DNA of 64,000 bases, taken from the NCBI RefSeq assembly GCF_041146345.1, contig NW_027191405.1, forward strand, positions 1,674,001-1,738,000, given 5' to 3'. The notes beneath the pieces were generated by a model, which was given only the letters and a program-made list of their open reading frames with translations, made no database searches and had not been told where the DNA came from. Of this stretch, positions 35,510 through 48,383 are shown piece after piece. Both the position numbers and the translations under genes were made by a program. Numbering within the stretch: position 1 is the first letter of the stretch; each line of letters begins with the position of its first letter. This stretch comes from Neodothiora populina. Taxonomy: Eukaryota.

Positions 35510-37491
35510 ATGTCATCTGTACTTGGATCCATTTCACCAGATCCAGTATTCGAGGAAGCGGATAGGCTAGAGCAATTGGAGCATCATATAAGCCTTACCG
35601 AACGCACATCGGTGCAGAACAGCGGGGAAGACGAACAAGGCGAATATGATCTCAAGCCTCCTCCCCCAAGTGTTGCGCACTCCAATGTGGAAGCCCTTGC
35701 TGAACGCTTCTTCTCTGTGGACCATCTGAATGTCATCCTCAGAGATGCCTCATTACATTATAGTTTTGCCCAATTTCTGCACCACCACAAACCGCACTGT
35801 GTAGATGCGCTGAATCGATACCTCGATGTTCAGAAAGCGACACTTGCCCTTGAGTATGCCAATGCAATCACCTCTAGAGGACAAACTCCATATCAGGCGG
35901 CGTCTATGAGTGATGAGTTCTGCGAAGACTCCCGCGAAGCAGTTGAAGAGTTGTTGACGGATGCACTCCCTGCGGCTCTGACTCATCAGCTTACACGGCT
36001 AGTATGCGAGAGCTTGGTCAAGGAGATCACCCAAACGAGTGCTCCTATCATGAGAGAGCTCATACCCTCCCTAGCAGAAGTATACTGTATCGCAGATCCA
36101 TCATTGCCAGATAATCCAATCGTGTATGCGTCAGAAGGTATCGTTCCCTGTAGTCGGTCATTGCAGAACGTTGAGGCTTACATGCATGCTCTGACAGAGT
36201 TCTATCGAACAACGCAATATGGAAAGGACTATGCGATCGGGAGGAACTGTCGATTTCTACAGGGTCCAAAGACGTCCCCGGCATCGGTCAAGCGCCTTGT
36301 AGAAGCAATAACGTCCGGTCAGGAGATCACAGAGACCATCCTTAACTAGTAGGCATCCTCCGTGTCGGCCTTTGATGGCTGTTGCTGACGGTGAGATAGT
36401 CGCAGGGATGGGACACCTTTTATGAACTTGCTGTGGGTTATAAGCCACCACTGTTCGTACGATTGACAGCTGATAAACGTGTTTCCAGATTGCTCGCTCC
36501 TCTATACGACAATAAGGGAACCGTCCGTTACTTCCTTGGCTGCCAGATCGACGTCAGTCCTTTACTGGAGAACGGTAGAGGCATCGAGTCCTTTGCACGG
36601 TTACTACAAGAAGATCGCCACGATTCGCGGTATGGGGGAATGCTAGAGCGGCAACCAGCCACTGTTCTGAATGATCTCCTTGGACTTCTGAATGACAAAG
36701 AGAATGAGACATTCAAGACGCGGAGCCGTGGTGGTGGCAGCGGCACAGTGACACCTCAGACATCTATGCGCGGTGCTCGAAGGGTCCTGGGTATGGACGC
36801 ACCAGAGCGTCTCTGGCCACGCCCCGAATTTGGACCTTCTGGGAGACTACCGGGAGTCTATCAAAACGTGAGTTGGATTTGCTCAAGTTCAGCGAAGTGA
36901 ATGTCTACTCATAGCACGCAGTATCTTCTCGTCCGTCCTCATCCATCATTGCGTATCACATTCACCTCGCCAGCATTGCGTATACCAGGTCTCCTTCAGA
37001 CGAAATTTCTCGACCGAGTTGGCGGCCCGCAACATGTCCGCGAGGGCGTCATGGATTCACTTGCTCGTGGAACATCAGTCACAGCCAAGATATCGTGGTT
37101 GACCAGTACCCTAGGGAGGAATTCGCAGGGATCCATCTCCATGGAAAGTAAACCACGATGGATTCATTGCACACCTCTGATGGGCAGCGATGAGAGAATC
37201 GGTGTGTGGATGATAGTCATGGTCGAAAGTGAAGAGATTACCGGGATGATCAACACGAGACCCGGCACGAGTGAGATGGCCAGCAGCCCGCTAGGCGCAG
37301 CAAGTCCGAGATTCACCGAGAGCAAGCTCTATACAGAGTATCTTCGACGGGAAGGACGAGAGATTGCTCCGTTCACAAGGAGTCCAGAGTCGATCTTCTT
37401 GGACAATCGCAGCGTCCCAAGTAGGGAGAGCCACAGTCGGAGGACGGTCGGTGGAGAAGCGCATCCATTTCAGGACTACCAAAACTTCTAG
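35510..37491 (+). CDS. Blue-light photoreceptor: RGS-like N-terminus + LOV domain + C-terminal PAS-like/DUF domain; exons 35510-36137, 36198-36348, 36400-36432, 36489-36867, 36922-37491
   Basis: Spliced LOV: ADPSLPDNPIVYASE/EFYRTTQY...GRNCRFLQG...ILNY/RRDGTPFMNL/LLAPLYDNKGTVRYFLGCQIDV, with the photoactive Cys (TGT 36248-36250) and flavin-contacting N, N, Q intact. Four GT-AG introns keep the frame. Confidence 0.9.
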
Positions 37492-37566
37492 GCGTGGTTT
37501 TACAATGTCTTGCTCAAAAAACAGGGCATAATCCTGCAGGAGTGGTTTCGTCACAGTAATTGTTCG

Positions 37567-38434
37567 TCAGGATGTCTCTTCAATTAGCTTCACGATGCAA
37601 CGACTGGTCTGCTTCGGCATGCTGATCATTGGCGCATGACCAGCCTTTAGTGTTTCCGCGCGCACGTCCACACCTTCTTCTGTGACTTGGTTTATCATGG
37701 CTCTGGCCACAGTAGGCACGATAATGCGGTCTTCTTCGCACAGTATGTAAGCAGTAGATGTCGTACGCCAGCCGCACTTGTCAGGGCCAATGAAGTCGTG
37801 ATCAAGCATCTTGAAATTAAGTGCAGCAGTCGCCGTATTAACAGCTTTGTTCTCAGCCACACAATTGAAAAGACGTTCTCGTGGCTCATGTGCCTTGATC
37901 AACCGATCATCCTGCAACATCATAAGCATAAAGATCCAGCAAGCGCATAGATCAAATACAGTAACTCACCTCCTCACACGGCAGATAAAACCCCTTAGCA
38001 TCCTCGCCCGGCCAATCCAAAGAAGACAAAGACTGCTTCTCCAAAAGTAGTAGCCCAGCAAGATAAATCAACTTGACCACTTTCCCGTCCCCTAGCCCCT
38101 CTGCAGTAAACGTGAATTCGCGCCCCAAGTCATGCGCCGCTTGAGACCCGGGAATGCCCGCGTATCCGTGCAGGACGAGCACGACTTGCCGTCCGATGTC
38201 AATGAATTCACGTATCGCGTCGGCTATGGTCGTCACGTCTGCTTGGTAGACTGCAGAGGTGTCGCTGCTGGTACTGCTGGTGAGAGATGATGAGGAGGAG
38301 GTTGAAGATGGCAGGTCGAGGACGCTGACTGTGTACCCGGCCATGCTCAGGTGCATGGCGAGTCTGCTGTAGTGGGATGAGACGAAGAATGCATCTGGCA
38401 CTAGGACTATTGTGGGCTTGGTGGGCTGTGACAT
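37567..38434 (-). CDS. Alpha/beta-hydrolase fold protein (Abhydrolase_6/methylesterase-like) lacking the catalytic Ser; intron 37969-37912
   Basis: KPTIVLVPDAF, VVLVLHGYAGIPG, VVKLIYLAG, YILCEEDRII, AGHAPM match the family layout, but the nucleophile elbow reads HGYAG instead of HSYGG. Confidence 0.82.
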
Positions 38435-39072
38435 TTTTCTTGTTGATGCTGTGGTGGGCTATTGAGAAGGGCTCAAAGATAACCTGAAGTACGGGCAGAG
38501 TAATCTGGATGACTGGCGTCGTTTATGAACAAAAACTACTGTAGGCAGACTCCAATCCACATCCGGCGGTTGCAGGCTCTACAATAGCTGACGTGCTACT
38601 TGATACGACGTCTGGCCTGTGGAGGTATGCAATGATTATGAACCTCGACCTTTCTTCAGCTTAGGTGCCTCGGATTGTTGTGAAAGATATACTGTACACA
38701 TTAGAACGATTGCCTATATCCGTACGCCACCGTAGACTAAGTTTTAGGTCGCACAGCAGCCTAGACTCTTACCTTGAATTGAACAGAGATCTATTAGTTC
38801 CGCGATTTACCTAGGCATTAACAATCGAGCAGTGATTCTACTAAACAGGGTAAGAGCCGAAACGACCGGTGTTCATACAGCAAAGACGCCGTGAGCAGCC
38901 GCCAAGGCCTTTCATCTGTCCTACAACGAACATCTCCAGTCTTATATATATATATAGAGCTACAATACCTATATACACCTATTCCCCAATTTTCTTCTCT
39001 GAATATCTCAAAGCAGTACCATTGATGACAAACCCTAGATTTCTCTAAAGATCGCAAGCGGCCAAAACAGTC

Positions 39073-40397
39073 ATGGAACCAACATTCATTCGTGGCGTCC
39101 AATACTCGGATCTTTCGTCGTTGAATACTCTGGAAATATGCGTGCCTTCCGGGGGTCATTTGTCGAACGACAAGAGCAAGATATGGGTGATGTAGGTATT
39201 ATTTTCCTCGTTTGTTCGTCTGTTCTTTTTGTTGTACTTTGACTACCTACTAGTAGTGAAGTAAGGTACATCAGGATGTCATAAGGTAGATGGTTTGGGC
39301 CCGAGTAGTCAAGGCGACCCTGTCCATATCTCGTCTACACAACCAACCTGAAGTATCCATTTTCATGTTCGAACCCCAGCGCATTTACATACTGTCCAAA
39401 ACTCCATCCAAATACTCATCAAAATCTTCGGTTTCTCATAGATTCATCCACGGCGGAGCATGGCGCGACCCGACCAAACTCGAAGACATCTTCGACAAAT
39501 CCATAAATCTCCTCCTCGCGTCCCCCGTCGCGAGCCACATTGCCGCGTTCGCAAGTATAGGCTACCGTCTCTCTGTACGTCAAAGCCGTCCATCTCAATA
39601 CCAGACATCTCCAAACACCACGAAAAGAACGATACTGACAAAGTCCCAACAAGCCCCACACAACCCACCCCCTCCAACCCCAAGACCCCAACGACCCATC
39701 GCGCAATGCTCATCACCCAGACCACGTAAACGACGTCCTGGACGCTTTAGCATACCTACAGCGTAGCTATGGGTTCGGAGACAGATATGTGCTCGCGGGA
39801 CACAGTGCGGGCGCGACGCTGGCGTTTCAGGTATGCATTGCTCGCGAGTGGGCTGCTTTTGGTCCCCATGAAAGCGGCGAACACGACGATGCTGGCAAGG
39901 CGAGTACCGAACCCGCGAAAGTTGTGCTCCCACCGCGCGCGGTGCTGGGTCTTGAAGGCATCTACGACATCGCAGCCCTGATCGCGTATCATGCCTCCAG
40001 GCCGTATAGCGAGATCTACAACGCTTTCATAGACTCTGCGTTTGGACCTCGGTATCAACGGCAACTACGACGGCCACAAGCCCAGGAAGGTGGCGAAACT
40101 GACGTGTGGAAGACAGTGTCTCCGACGACGGGCTTGTATGATAGCAGTTGGAAAGAGGGCAAGTTGGTGGTGCTTGCGCATTCGAGGCAGGATGAACTCG
40201 TCGAGTGGGAGCAGGTCGAGTTGATGAGGGAGGCGTTGGTCAGACAGGGGTGGGGCGAAACAGAAAATGGGGGCAGGAGAGTCGAGATGTTGGAGTTGAA
40301 GGGGCTGCATGATCAGGTTGTGAATGAGGGTGTTGAGGTCGCTAGAGCTGTGCAGAAGACGGTTGAGATGTTGGCCGCGTCTGCTACTACGTCTTGA
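39073..40397 (+). CDS. Kynurenine formamidase (Bna7-like) alpha/beta hydrolase; exons 39073-39191, 39442-39574, 39654-40397
   Basis: Spliced IWVI/FIHGGAWRDP, SIGYRLS/PH, HPDHVNDV, LAGHSAGATLA (catalytic Ser), GLEGIYD, HSRQDELV, GLHD. Confidence 0.82.
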
Positions 40398-40661
40398 GTG
40401 ACGTTGTGGTGATCGAGGGCTCTTTTTCGCTTGATCTCGTGGACGCAAGTAAGGGTTATAATAAGAGAAGGTGTGAGAAGGGTATTATTTCTACTATATG
40501 AACACATGACTTTTCGAAGTTGGCGTGACGGGCTCGCCTTCCTTTCCGAGTTTGTGAGCTGTCGTCCACAAATCGCTCTCGCGAATTGTTTGGTCGACCA
40601 CATCGGCTCGCGTGATATCGCTACAGCATCTCACGTATAAGTCTCAACGACAAGCAAAAGT

Positions 40662-42114
40662 CTACTCATAGGAGTCTTTCTTGTCGCCTCTAGGCAGTTG
40701 GAACAATTGCGCAGCACGCTCCTCGTCATCGCGTGTGAGTTCGAACAGCCTCATTCGCTCAATGATTCGCTCGTCGAATACGATGGGATCCAGCCACACA
40801 CTCTCGGCGCCGTCACTTCTGTCTCGCTTTCGCACACTCTTGTGCCAGCCAGCCTCCTCCTCGTCCAGAGCAGTCTCGGGCTCGACAACACTGTCAAAGG
40901 GTCGCGAGGACGCCAGGCAGAGAGCGGCAGTGCGCCGACCGATGTCGTCGGCTAGCTCTCTTCGGTTCAGGAATCGCCAGATGCGGATGGGGAATTTCCA
41001 GAAACCGAGAATGTGTGCGACAGGTATGATGGCTGTGGGACCGAGTTCTTGAGGCATTGACGGCGGCGGTTGAGCAGAGGCGTAGGCGGAGGTGGAGATA
41101 TAGGGGTCGGGTTTCAACAGACGTTTCGTCTTTTCGGCTTCTTCTGTCTTTGGTGCTTCGGGCACAGGCGCAGGCTGATCGACGGGCGCGGTGGGTGAGG
41201 CATCGTCAGGGGGGGAGACATTGTCTGGAGGTGAAGATGGAGCCGAGGCAGCCAGAGTCGTGGCAGCATCGGCAGCGACCGGAGCAGCAGTCTCAATTGT
41301 TTCCAACAGAGGCTGCTCGACAGCGGAAAGGCTCGTCGCACTCGGAATCTCAGCCTCTGGCTTGTTCATAGGGCCCAACCAGCCCTCGTGGACGCCTCGA
41401 ACGTACTCTTTCCACGCGTGTCGTCCGACGACCAGATCTCCTGCCGGTCCAGATTCTCTCGGCGTGCCCAGCCCTTCCCTGAGATTCTCAACAACCACAC
41501 TGGGATCCGTGTCATCGTCGCGTGGATTCGCTTGCTCGCCTTTTCTTTGCCTGTATCGTCGTATCCGCTCTGCAGTGCCGTATCTGACATCGCCCTCTCT
41601 TCTTCCCTCGACAACATCCCAATCCATGGCGGCGGCCACAAGAGTAGGCTTGATGTATTCGTGGAAGTGTTCGCGTGCATTTCGCAGGCCGTCGGCGGGC
41701 TGAGCCTCGATGTAGACCGTGACTCTTCGGGCCAGCACATCTGGACCAATCGTTTGCTCGGCGAGGGGAGCGACCAGATCACACCACTTTTGTCTTGTGC
41801 GCTTCGTCTGGTATTTGTCGTATGCGACTGCTGCTGCGAAAGAGCCCGTGATTCCCAGGAAGATCATCCAGTTCCGTGACGGTAATTTGGCCTTGAAGTT
41901 GGGAAGTCCTGCGCTCGAGTGTCAGTACATACAGCAACCTGGGGATTTCTGATTCAGCGTCTGACATACCCATCATCTTGAAGGCTGGGTTCATTTCCTC
42001 TGCCACTGTTGCCTTGGCCGTGGTGCCTGTTGTTGCTGCTGCTGCTGCCATCTTCCCAGGAGCTGCGGCATTTGCAGGTTTAGGTACAGGATCAGCGCCT
42101 GTGGTTTCCGCCAT
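40662..42114 (-). CDS. TIM54: Mitochondrial inner-membrane TIM22 complex subunit Tim54; intron 41969-41909
   Basis: NPAFKMMG/LPNFKAKLPSRNWMIFL...YDK, DGLRNAREHFHEYIKPTLVAAAMDWDVVEGRREGD, GRHAWKEYVRGVHEGWLGP, HILGFWKFPIRIWRFLNRR. Confidence 0.93.
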
Positions 42115-42646
42115 CTTCCCGTACAAATCGCTGTCAGAACGATTCTGTACACTGTCCGGGATGCGACTCGAGGACAGGTCTTGTTAAGGTGGTAAGTCAA
42201 TGTAGAAATCAGCGGCGTGGAAACAGTGCAGATAGTGATACGATATTGTTTTACGCAGCAGCTTCCACTTTAGGGCAAATTATTTGTCTCTGTTCCTTCC
42301 TCTCCGCATTAATATTTCTGCGGCGAAAACAAGAGCTTGGCGGTCACTTCCATCCGCAGTCGCCGGTTTCAACGATGATACCTTACTACAGTAATTACAT
42401 TTTACCACTATCACGCTGTGTCAAGACTACACATGATCTAGTTGCGCCTACGCACAGGAGCCACAGACCCATATCGTGCATGGCGTCTCATCAGAAGTTG
42501 CAGATACCATCACAAAGCAAGCCAAGGTAGAGTAGCCATTATACGTCGTATCTCGATTCTATACTGTACTCTGCCTATTATTCCATCAATTCAGCAATTT
42601 GCCAATAACTTTTCCACCTCTGCTCTTTGCTTTTAGCCAATCACAA

Positions 42647-43770
42647 TCATCGTGGCTCTTGTGTGCCACGATGCCAGTTCGGGTCAAATGCCGACTCAAG
42701 CTCTGCCGGCTCCGGCAAGATAGGCGGGCTCTCCATCTCGTGAGCAGCGTCCCTCCCTGCTGCCAGCTCTGCAGGTGACTTTGCGCTGTCCTCTGTCGAT
42801 GCCACCTTTGGGAATCCGTCCTTCTCTGTCACTGGAGTGGCATCCGTCTCGAAGATCGGCGTCCCGTCCGACTCATTCCTGATTAATTGCCCATCGTTCG
42901 CCTCCAGCACCTCGCCATCCACCTTGTCCGGAAGTTGCTTCGACTTCTGCTGCTGCTTCCGCCGGCGAAGGACGAAGAATCCTAGAGCAAGGACGGCAAG
43001 CACGCCCACGACACATCCGATCACTATGCCAGCTATCGCGCCTCCGGAGAGGTGTTTGTGACTGACTGAAGGTGATGATGTTGCAATGGAAGATGCAGTA
43101 GACATAGATAATCCACTGGCGTTTGGCGCGGCGCTCTTCTCGTCTTCAAGTCAGCTATTGTTTGCCGTAAGTGAAGTCTCCGTGCCAGAACCTACCGTAG
43201 TCGTGAGAGCATCCTTGCTCACGTATCCATCAATGATGTGCGCGTAAACCTGTCCAGACGTCGAGAATGGCACCGTCTGGGTCTGCACTATTCCGGTCTT
43301 GTTATATTCGACAACCGTAAGGCTCACATCGGCGAGGAACTCGCTGAAGCAGAGTCCCCCGTAAACCGGGCGTTGTTTGTCTACAGTGCTTGCCGGAGGA
43401 TGCACATTATACCCACTACCAGAGTCAGCAAGCATTTCCACGCATACCTCGATGTCGATGCTCACGTTGGACAACACGCTATGTAATTGCTGGTCGACTT
43501 CAAGGCGGTCGACCACCCCAATGGGCACACCAATGGGCTCAATGCAGGTGCCACAGAAGAAGTTGACAATGCAGTATAGCCATTGAGCCATTGGCTTGGG
43601 TAACAGCCAGACTCCGTGATGGTCGGAGCAGGCACAGGCTCGTTATACCATATCGAGTAATCTGGTGCCGAAAAGGTCAGTCCGCTACATGTCGTTGCGG
43701 GTGTGAAGACGGTCGTCAAAGCTGCTGCGGATGGAGCGGCAGTTGTGGTGGCACTGGCAGTAGTTGCCAT
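42647..43770 (-). CDS. Single-pass membrane protein with a Cys/Thr-rich ectodomain and a Mid2/SKG6-like TM segment; two introns (43465-43416 and ~43195-43139)
   Basis: LTTVFTPATTC...CYPSQW...SPLVCPLGW...IACCPT ectodomain; TM LSGGAIAGIVIGCVVGVLAVLALGFFVL followed by RRRK; tail with PAEL repeats. Second intron boundaries and the start (43770 vs 43824) are uncertain. Confidence 0.78.
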
Positions 43771-45876
43771 GTCGCTGGCCTTTGGATTTGGCACTGTGGT
43801 CGATCCGCTGTTCGTGAATCGCACGCAAAAGCCACGAGATGAAGTTCAAACTGGACAAAGTCTGGCCTCACTAACACCTACATATACCGACATGGACAGG
43901 GCACGCAGTTAGCTCTGCAATATATATGCAGAGCTAAGGGCAACCGCCATTCCGTGTGCTCGGCTGGTGAATAAGTAGTCAATATATTGCATGCGACCAA
44001 GCATGGCCGCAATACTACCTAGTATAGTAGCTGAACATGGCAATCATCCATTCTGCATGCGAGATGCTGAAGTTGGACAGAGTGGATCGCCTGAAAGATG
44101 TGAATTGACTCGTCGTACGACAAGGCTGTCGCGAAGCATATGCAATCCTTGAGTAATACGGCCCAGAAACATAGGTTGCGTTACCATTGATTGGTGTACC
44201 TTCTCTCTGGTACAGTGCAGGATGAGGATGCAGATTGCAACTTTAGTGGCTGTGTGGTTTACACTCAGACCCTGCGAGTTCGCTCGTTCGTCCGTTCGAT
44301 CGCTTGGATTTCTCCACCCTGAATAATTCCGCCGGTCGCATTTGCTCCGCTGATCTGAAGCGACAAGGATTGAGGCGCATCATGAGCACGGTATCTTGGC
44401 GATTCAAATCCAGCATATCTACCAAAGGATCTACCTTACATAGGGGCGCGATAGCCATATTTATTATACAAGTGGATTGCTGATATAGTAGGCCATGGTC
44501 AAAGCAGAGACCAGCTCGAGACGGACAGAAATAGTCCGAAGGAGCGAAGATAGTGGGTAATATAATCCTGAGTGTATATCCCGCGCCAGCAGTCCTTTGC
44601 GCCGTATAAGTACCTACAGGACCGTACCTTTTCTGAGTAAAGGTAGGTACCTTAAAATGTTGCAACGCTGTGGTGCTTCAGCTTGCGAGGGTTCAACGTT
44701 GCGAACAAACGTTGGGGACTACTACCTTATCGACAGAGTTTCAGGTACGCATTTTGGCCTAGTGCCCTTTAGCCAACCATGGGAGCGTTGTTGATGTCTC
44801 ACGGTTAAGTCGATTTACATATTTTATCTTTTTCTAGAAAACGAAGACTCGCAACCACAAGGCATGAAATGTGATGATGCTGGGCGCGACAGCTCGCTGT
44901 CCGGCTGCCATTCTCGAGAAATGGCCGGCTGGACAGAGTAACGTTAGTTTCGCTGCAAGAGTGCTAAGCGCCGTACCACCTGCATCTTACAGGTTGGGCA
45001 TCGCTAGAATATGACGTATAGTGGGCTGCACATGTGCCTCCCCTGCCACCCACACTCCACACTCTGTTGTTGCCCACATGCGACCTACAATCGATCATCC
45101 GCACCGCGCACTTTCCTCCATTAATGCTCTTAGTCCCATGCTTGTCACAGATTCCTCGCGACCTTACCTCTAGTTGGCTCGACGCTCGCAATCAATTTAC
45201 TTTCCTTTCAAGTGTCTGTCTTGCGATCATCACCACCACCATCATCATCATCATCATCGTCGAACCCTGATTTGATTCGAGACTTTCACCCCAGGCTTAC
45301 CTGAAATCTGCTCAGTGTCTCCTTCCTACCCCTCTCTTGCGCAAAGTGTTTCATGTGTCGGATTTGCACCGAATCTACGCGAATCATAACACCCCAGCCC
45401 GTGCTCTGCGGCTGAAGCAAAAGACCCCGCGAATCATCTATCATCAGGCAGCAGACAGGCAGAAAGGAACCAGACGAACAGGAAGAAATTAGAACAGAGC
45501 AGCAAGCAGCACGGCAGCAGCGAAACGTGACTGCCAACTCACCCGAACTTGCGACTGCACCCTGCAACCCTGCAGGCACTTGCACCTGCCACCTACCACC
45601 ACGCTTCACACCTGCACCTGCGCCTTGAATCTTGCATCCCACAAATCTCACCTTCCACATTACATCATTCTTCATCCGACTTCCACGACCACGATCTCCT
45701 TCCTCGTCGCTTCCTACGAACCTTTGCATCCTCACTAGACATCTTTTTCACGACTGCAACACAAGACTTTACTCATCTCATCGGCACGACGACGTCTATA
45801 TCGCGTCGCGGTCATCGCATTCACATCTTGTCCTGTGTACCTGTGACCTCCATCTAACCCCTTGCTCGACGACGCC

Positions 45877-47745
45877 ATGTCAGAATACGGCGACTACGGC
45901 GACGCCCGTCGTTACCGTGCTACTCGCACCCGCCCTCGCGATCGTGGAGAGCCTGAATTTGTTCAAGAGACGACCTACGTCGAAAGGGGCCATGGCCCAC
46001 CTCCCCGTGACTTGGTCTATCGCTCTCGTGAAGACAGTGTCGAAGACATCCCCAGGGACTTCCCGCCTCCTGCCGGCGACCGCTACGCCCGCAGACACGA
46101 CAACTACCCCCCTCCAAGACGTGCTCGCAGTGTGGGAAGAAGAGACTACTACGACGATGACGGACATTCCGACTACGCTGGCCCAGCTGCTGCTGCCGCT
46201 GCCGGTGGATATGCCGCTGGACGCAACCGAGGTCGTCGTGAGCGCAAGCCCGACAGATATGATAGAGACTATGACTCCGAGGAATACCAGTCGCCCCGTC
46301 GTCACCGCGAGCGTAGAAAGTCTGGAGTCGGTGAAGTCCTGGAAGGCTTGGGTTTAGGAGGTGTCGCTGCTGCCCTCGTTGGCGGTGGTGGAGGTCGCGA
46401 GCGCAGCCGAAGCAGATCTCGCCATCGCAGAGACAAATCCCGCGGCCGCCAATATTCGTCTGATTCTTCCCGCAGCCGCACTAGAAGTCGTTCCAAGGGC
46501 AGATCCGAACGCAAATGGGCTCAAGCTGCTCAAGCTGCTCTGGTTGCTGGCGCCGTAGAGGCTTTCCGTTCTCGCAAAGAAGCCGGGCCATGGACTGGCG
46601 AGAAGGGTCGACGAATCGCCACTGCCGCCCTCAGTGCTGGTGGTATTGATGGTCTTGTTGACCGTGATCCGGAGAGAAAAACCAAGCGTCATTTGGCAGA
46701 AGCCGTCATCGGTGGCCTGGCCGCAAACCGTCTGGCGAACGGTCCTCGCAGCAAGAGTCGCGGACGTGATGGATCACCGTATGGTCGCTCGCGCAGCCGT
46801 TCTCGTTCCGTCTTTGGTCGGGGTAGGAGCCAGTCCAGAGGACGTGACGGTGGCGGTGGCGGCGGCGGCGGTCTGAAGGAGCTGGCTGCAGGCGGCGCTC
46901 TGGCTGCGGCAGGCAAGGCCATATACGATCGTGTCAGGTCTAAGTCTCGCCGCAGGCGCTCCCCCTCTTCCAGCTCAGCAGACTCGTATGTCCCCTCCCG
47001 CAATCGCCGTGGTAATAACGGCCAAGCCCGCTCACAGCCACCAGGTACAGGCGCCCGCGCCGATCGCGGACGTACGCCTAATAATGGCGCACTCCAAGCA
47101 GCCGGGGCAGGCGCCGGAGCTGGCGCCCTTGCTTCGAAGGGACGAGACCATAGTGCAAGCTCCTCAAGTAGTACTACAGACATGGAAGCGAAGCGCAAGC
47201 GGATGCGCGGTAAGGAGCTCATCACTGCCGGACTGGCCACTGTCGCTACCATTCATGCCGCCCATGGCGTCTACTCAAGTATGGAAGCACACGAAAAGCG
47301 ACACAAGCTGGTTGCAGAGGGCGAGATGTCACCAGAAGAAGCTCGCAAGAAACAGACCAAGGCCTGGGTACAAGACGCTGCCGCCGTCGGTATCGCAGCA
47401 CTGGGTATCAAGGGCGCTTTCAGCGAATGGAAAGAGATGAATGAGCAAAGGTATGTTGTTGCCGGTGTTTCTAGGGCGCCGATGATGTACTGACGATTTT
47501 CCAGACGCGAGGTCCATGAACTTGAGAAGCATAAGCGCGATCGACAGAAGAGACGTGCCAAACGCGAAAAAGAAGAGAAACGACAGCAGCAAATCGAAAT
47601 GATGCGCATGTATAGCCAGGTGCCGCAGATGAACCCCTACGGCCAAGGTAGCCCCGGTATGCCCGGCGGCCCTCCCCCTGGACAAATGGTATACGGTCAG
47701 AACATTCCGCCACCACCCATGGGTCCTCCGCCAGCTAGATACTAG
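45877..47745 (+). CDS. Arg/Ser-rich protein, DUF3824-like; intron 47451-47504
   Basis: RSRS tracts; WAQAAQAALVAGAVEAFRSRKEAGPWTGEKGRRIATAAL; KELITAGLATVATIHAAHGVYSSME; AAVGIAALGIKGAFSEWKEM; Pro-rich end. Confidence 0.82.
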
Positions 47746-48383
47746 GAATTCAGCGTTCGGCAGAAACCGCCAGGTAATGTTTCATTCGATCCGACTGAGC
47801 AAGGACCGCCTCCGCAAACATCTGAGCCGGGGCCAAGTGGCACCAATCCGGCGCGACCCAGGGGCATCCTTCGACGCTCGACTTCTGAAACGGTGACCTC
47901 GGTTGACTCCATTCAACGACCTTCACGATGATGAAAATGGTTATTTTCTTTTTCTTATGCATTAGCTAGCAGCGCAGATTGAGGTTTTTGTTCCTTTCAG
48001 CTAGAATTGATTTGCTTGGCGGATACGGATCTTGCAAGCGAAAGGGGGGCAGACTCGTGCATTCATGATGAGGTTATCAGGGTTCACGACGCACACGCTT
48101 CAATGAATAAACACAGCCTATGCAGGTTACAACACGAATAACGAAGACGAATTTTTTCCGTTGTGAGCCTTTCTGACGTTGAATTGACATTCTATATGTT
48201 GATAATCATCATACCCAATCAAATCGTGACTTGATGTATTTCAGAGTGCCGCGTCGCCAATTCCCAAGCAAATGTCTATCATTTCTCCAATCTTCAAGTA
48301 CATGTCAATCGTTTCTCCAATCTCATACGTCGTTTTTCTTGAGTATACCTCCAGTAAACACAGCGTTTCGTTCACAAGGCCTC

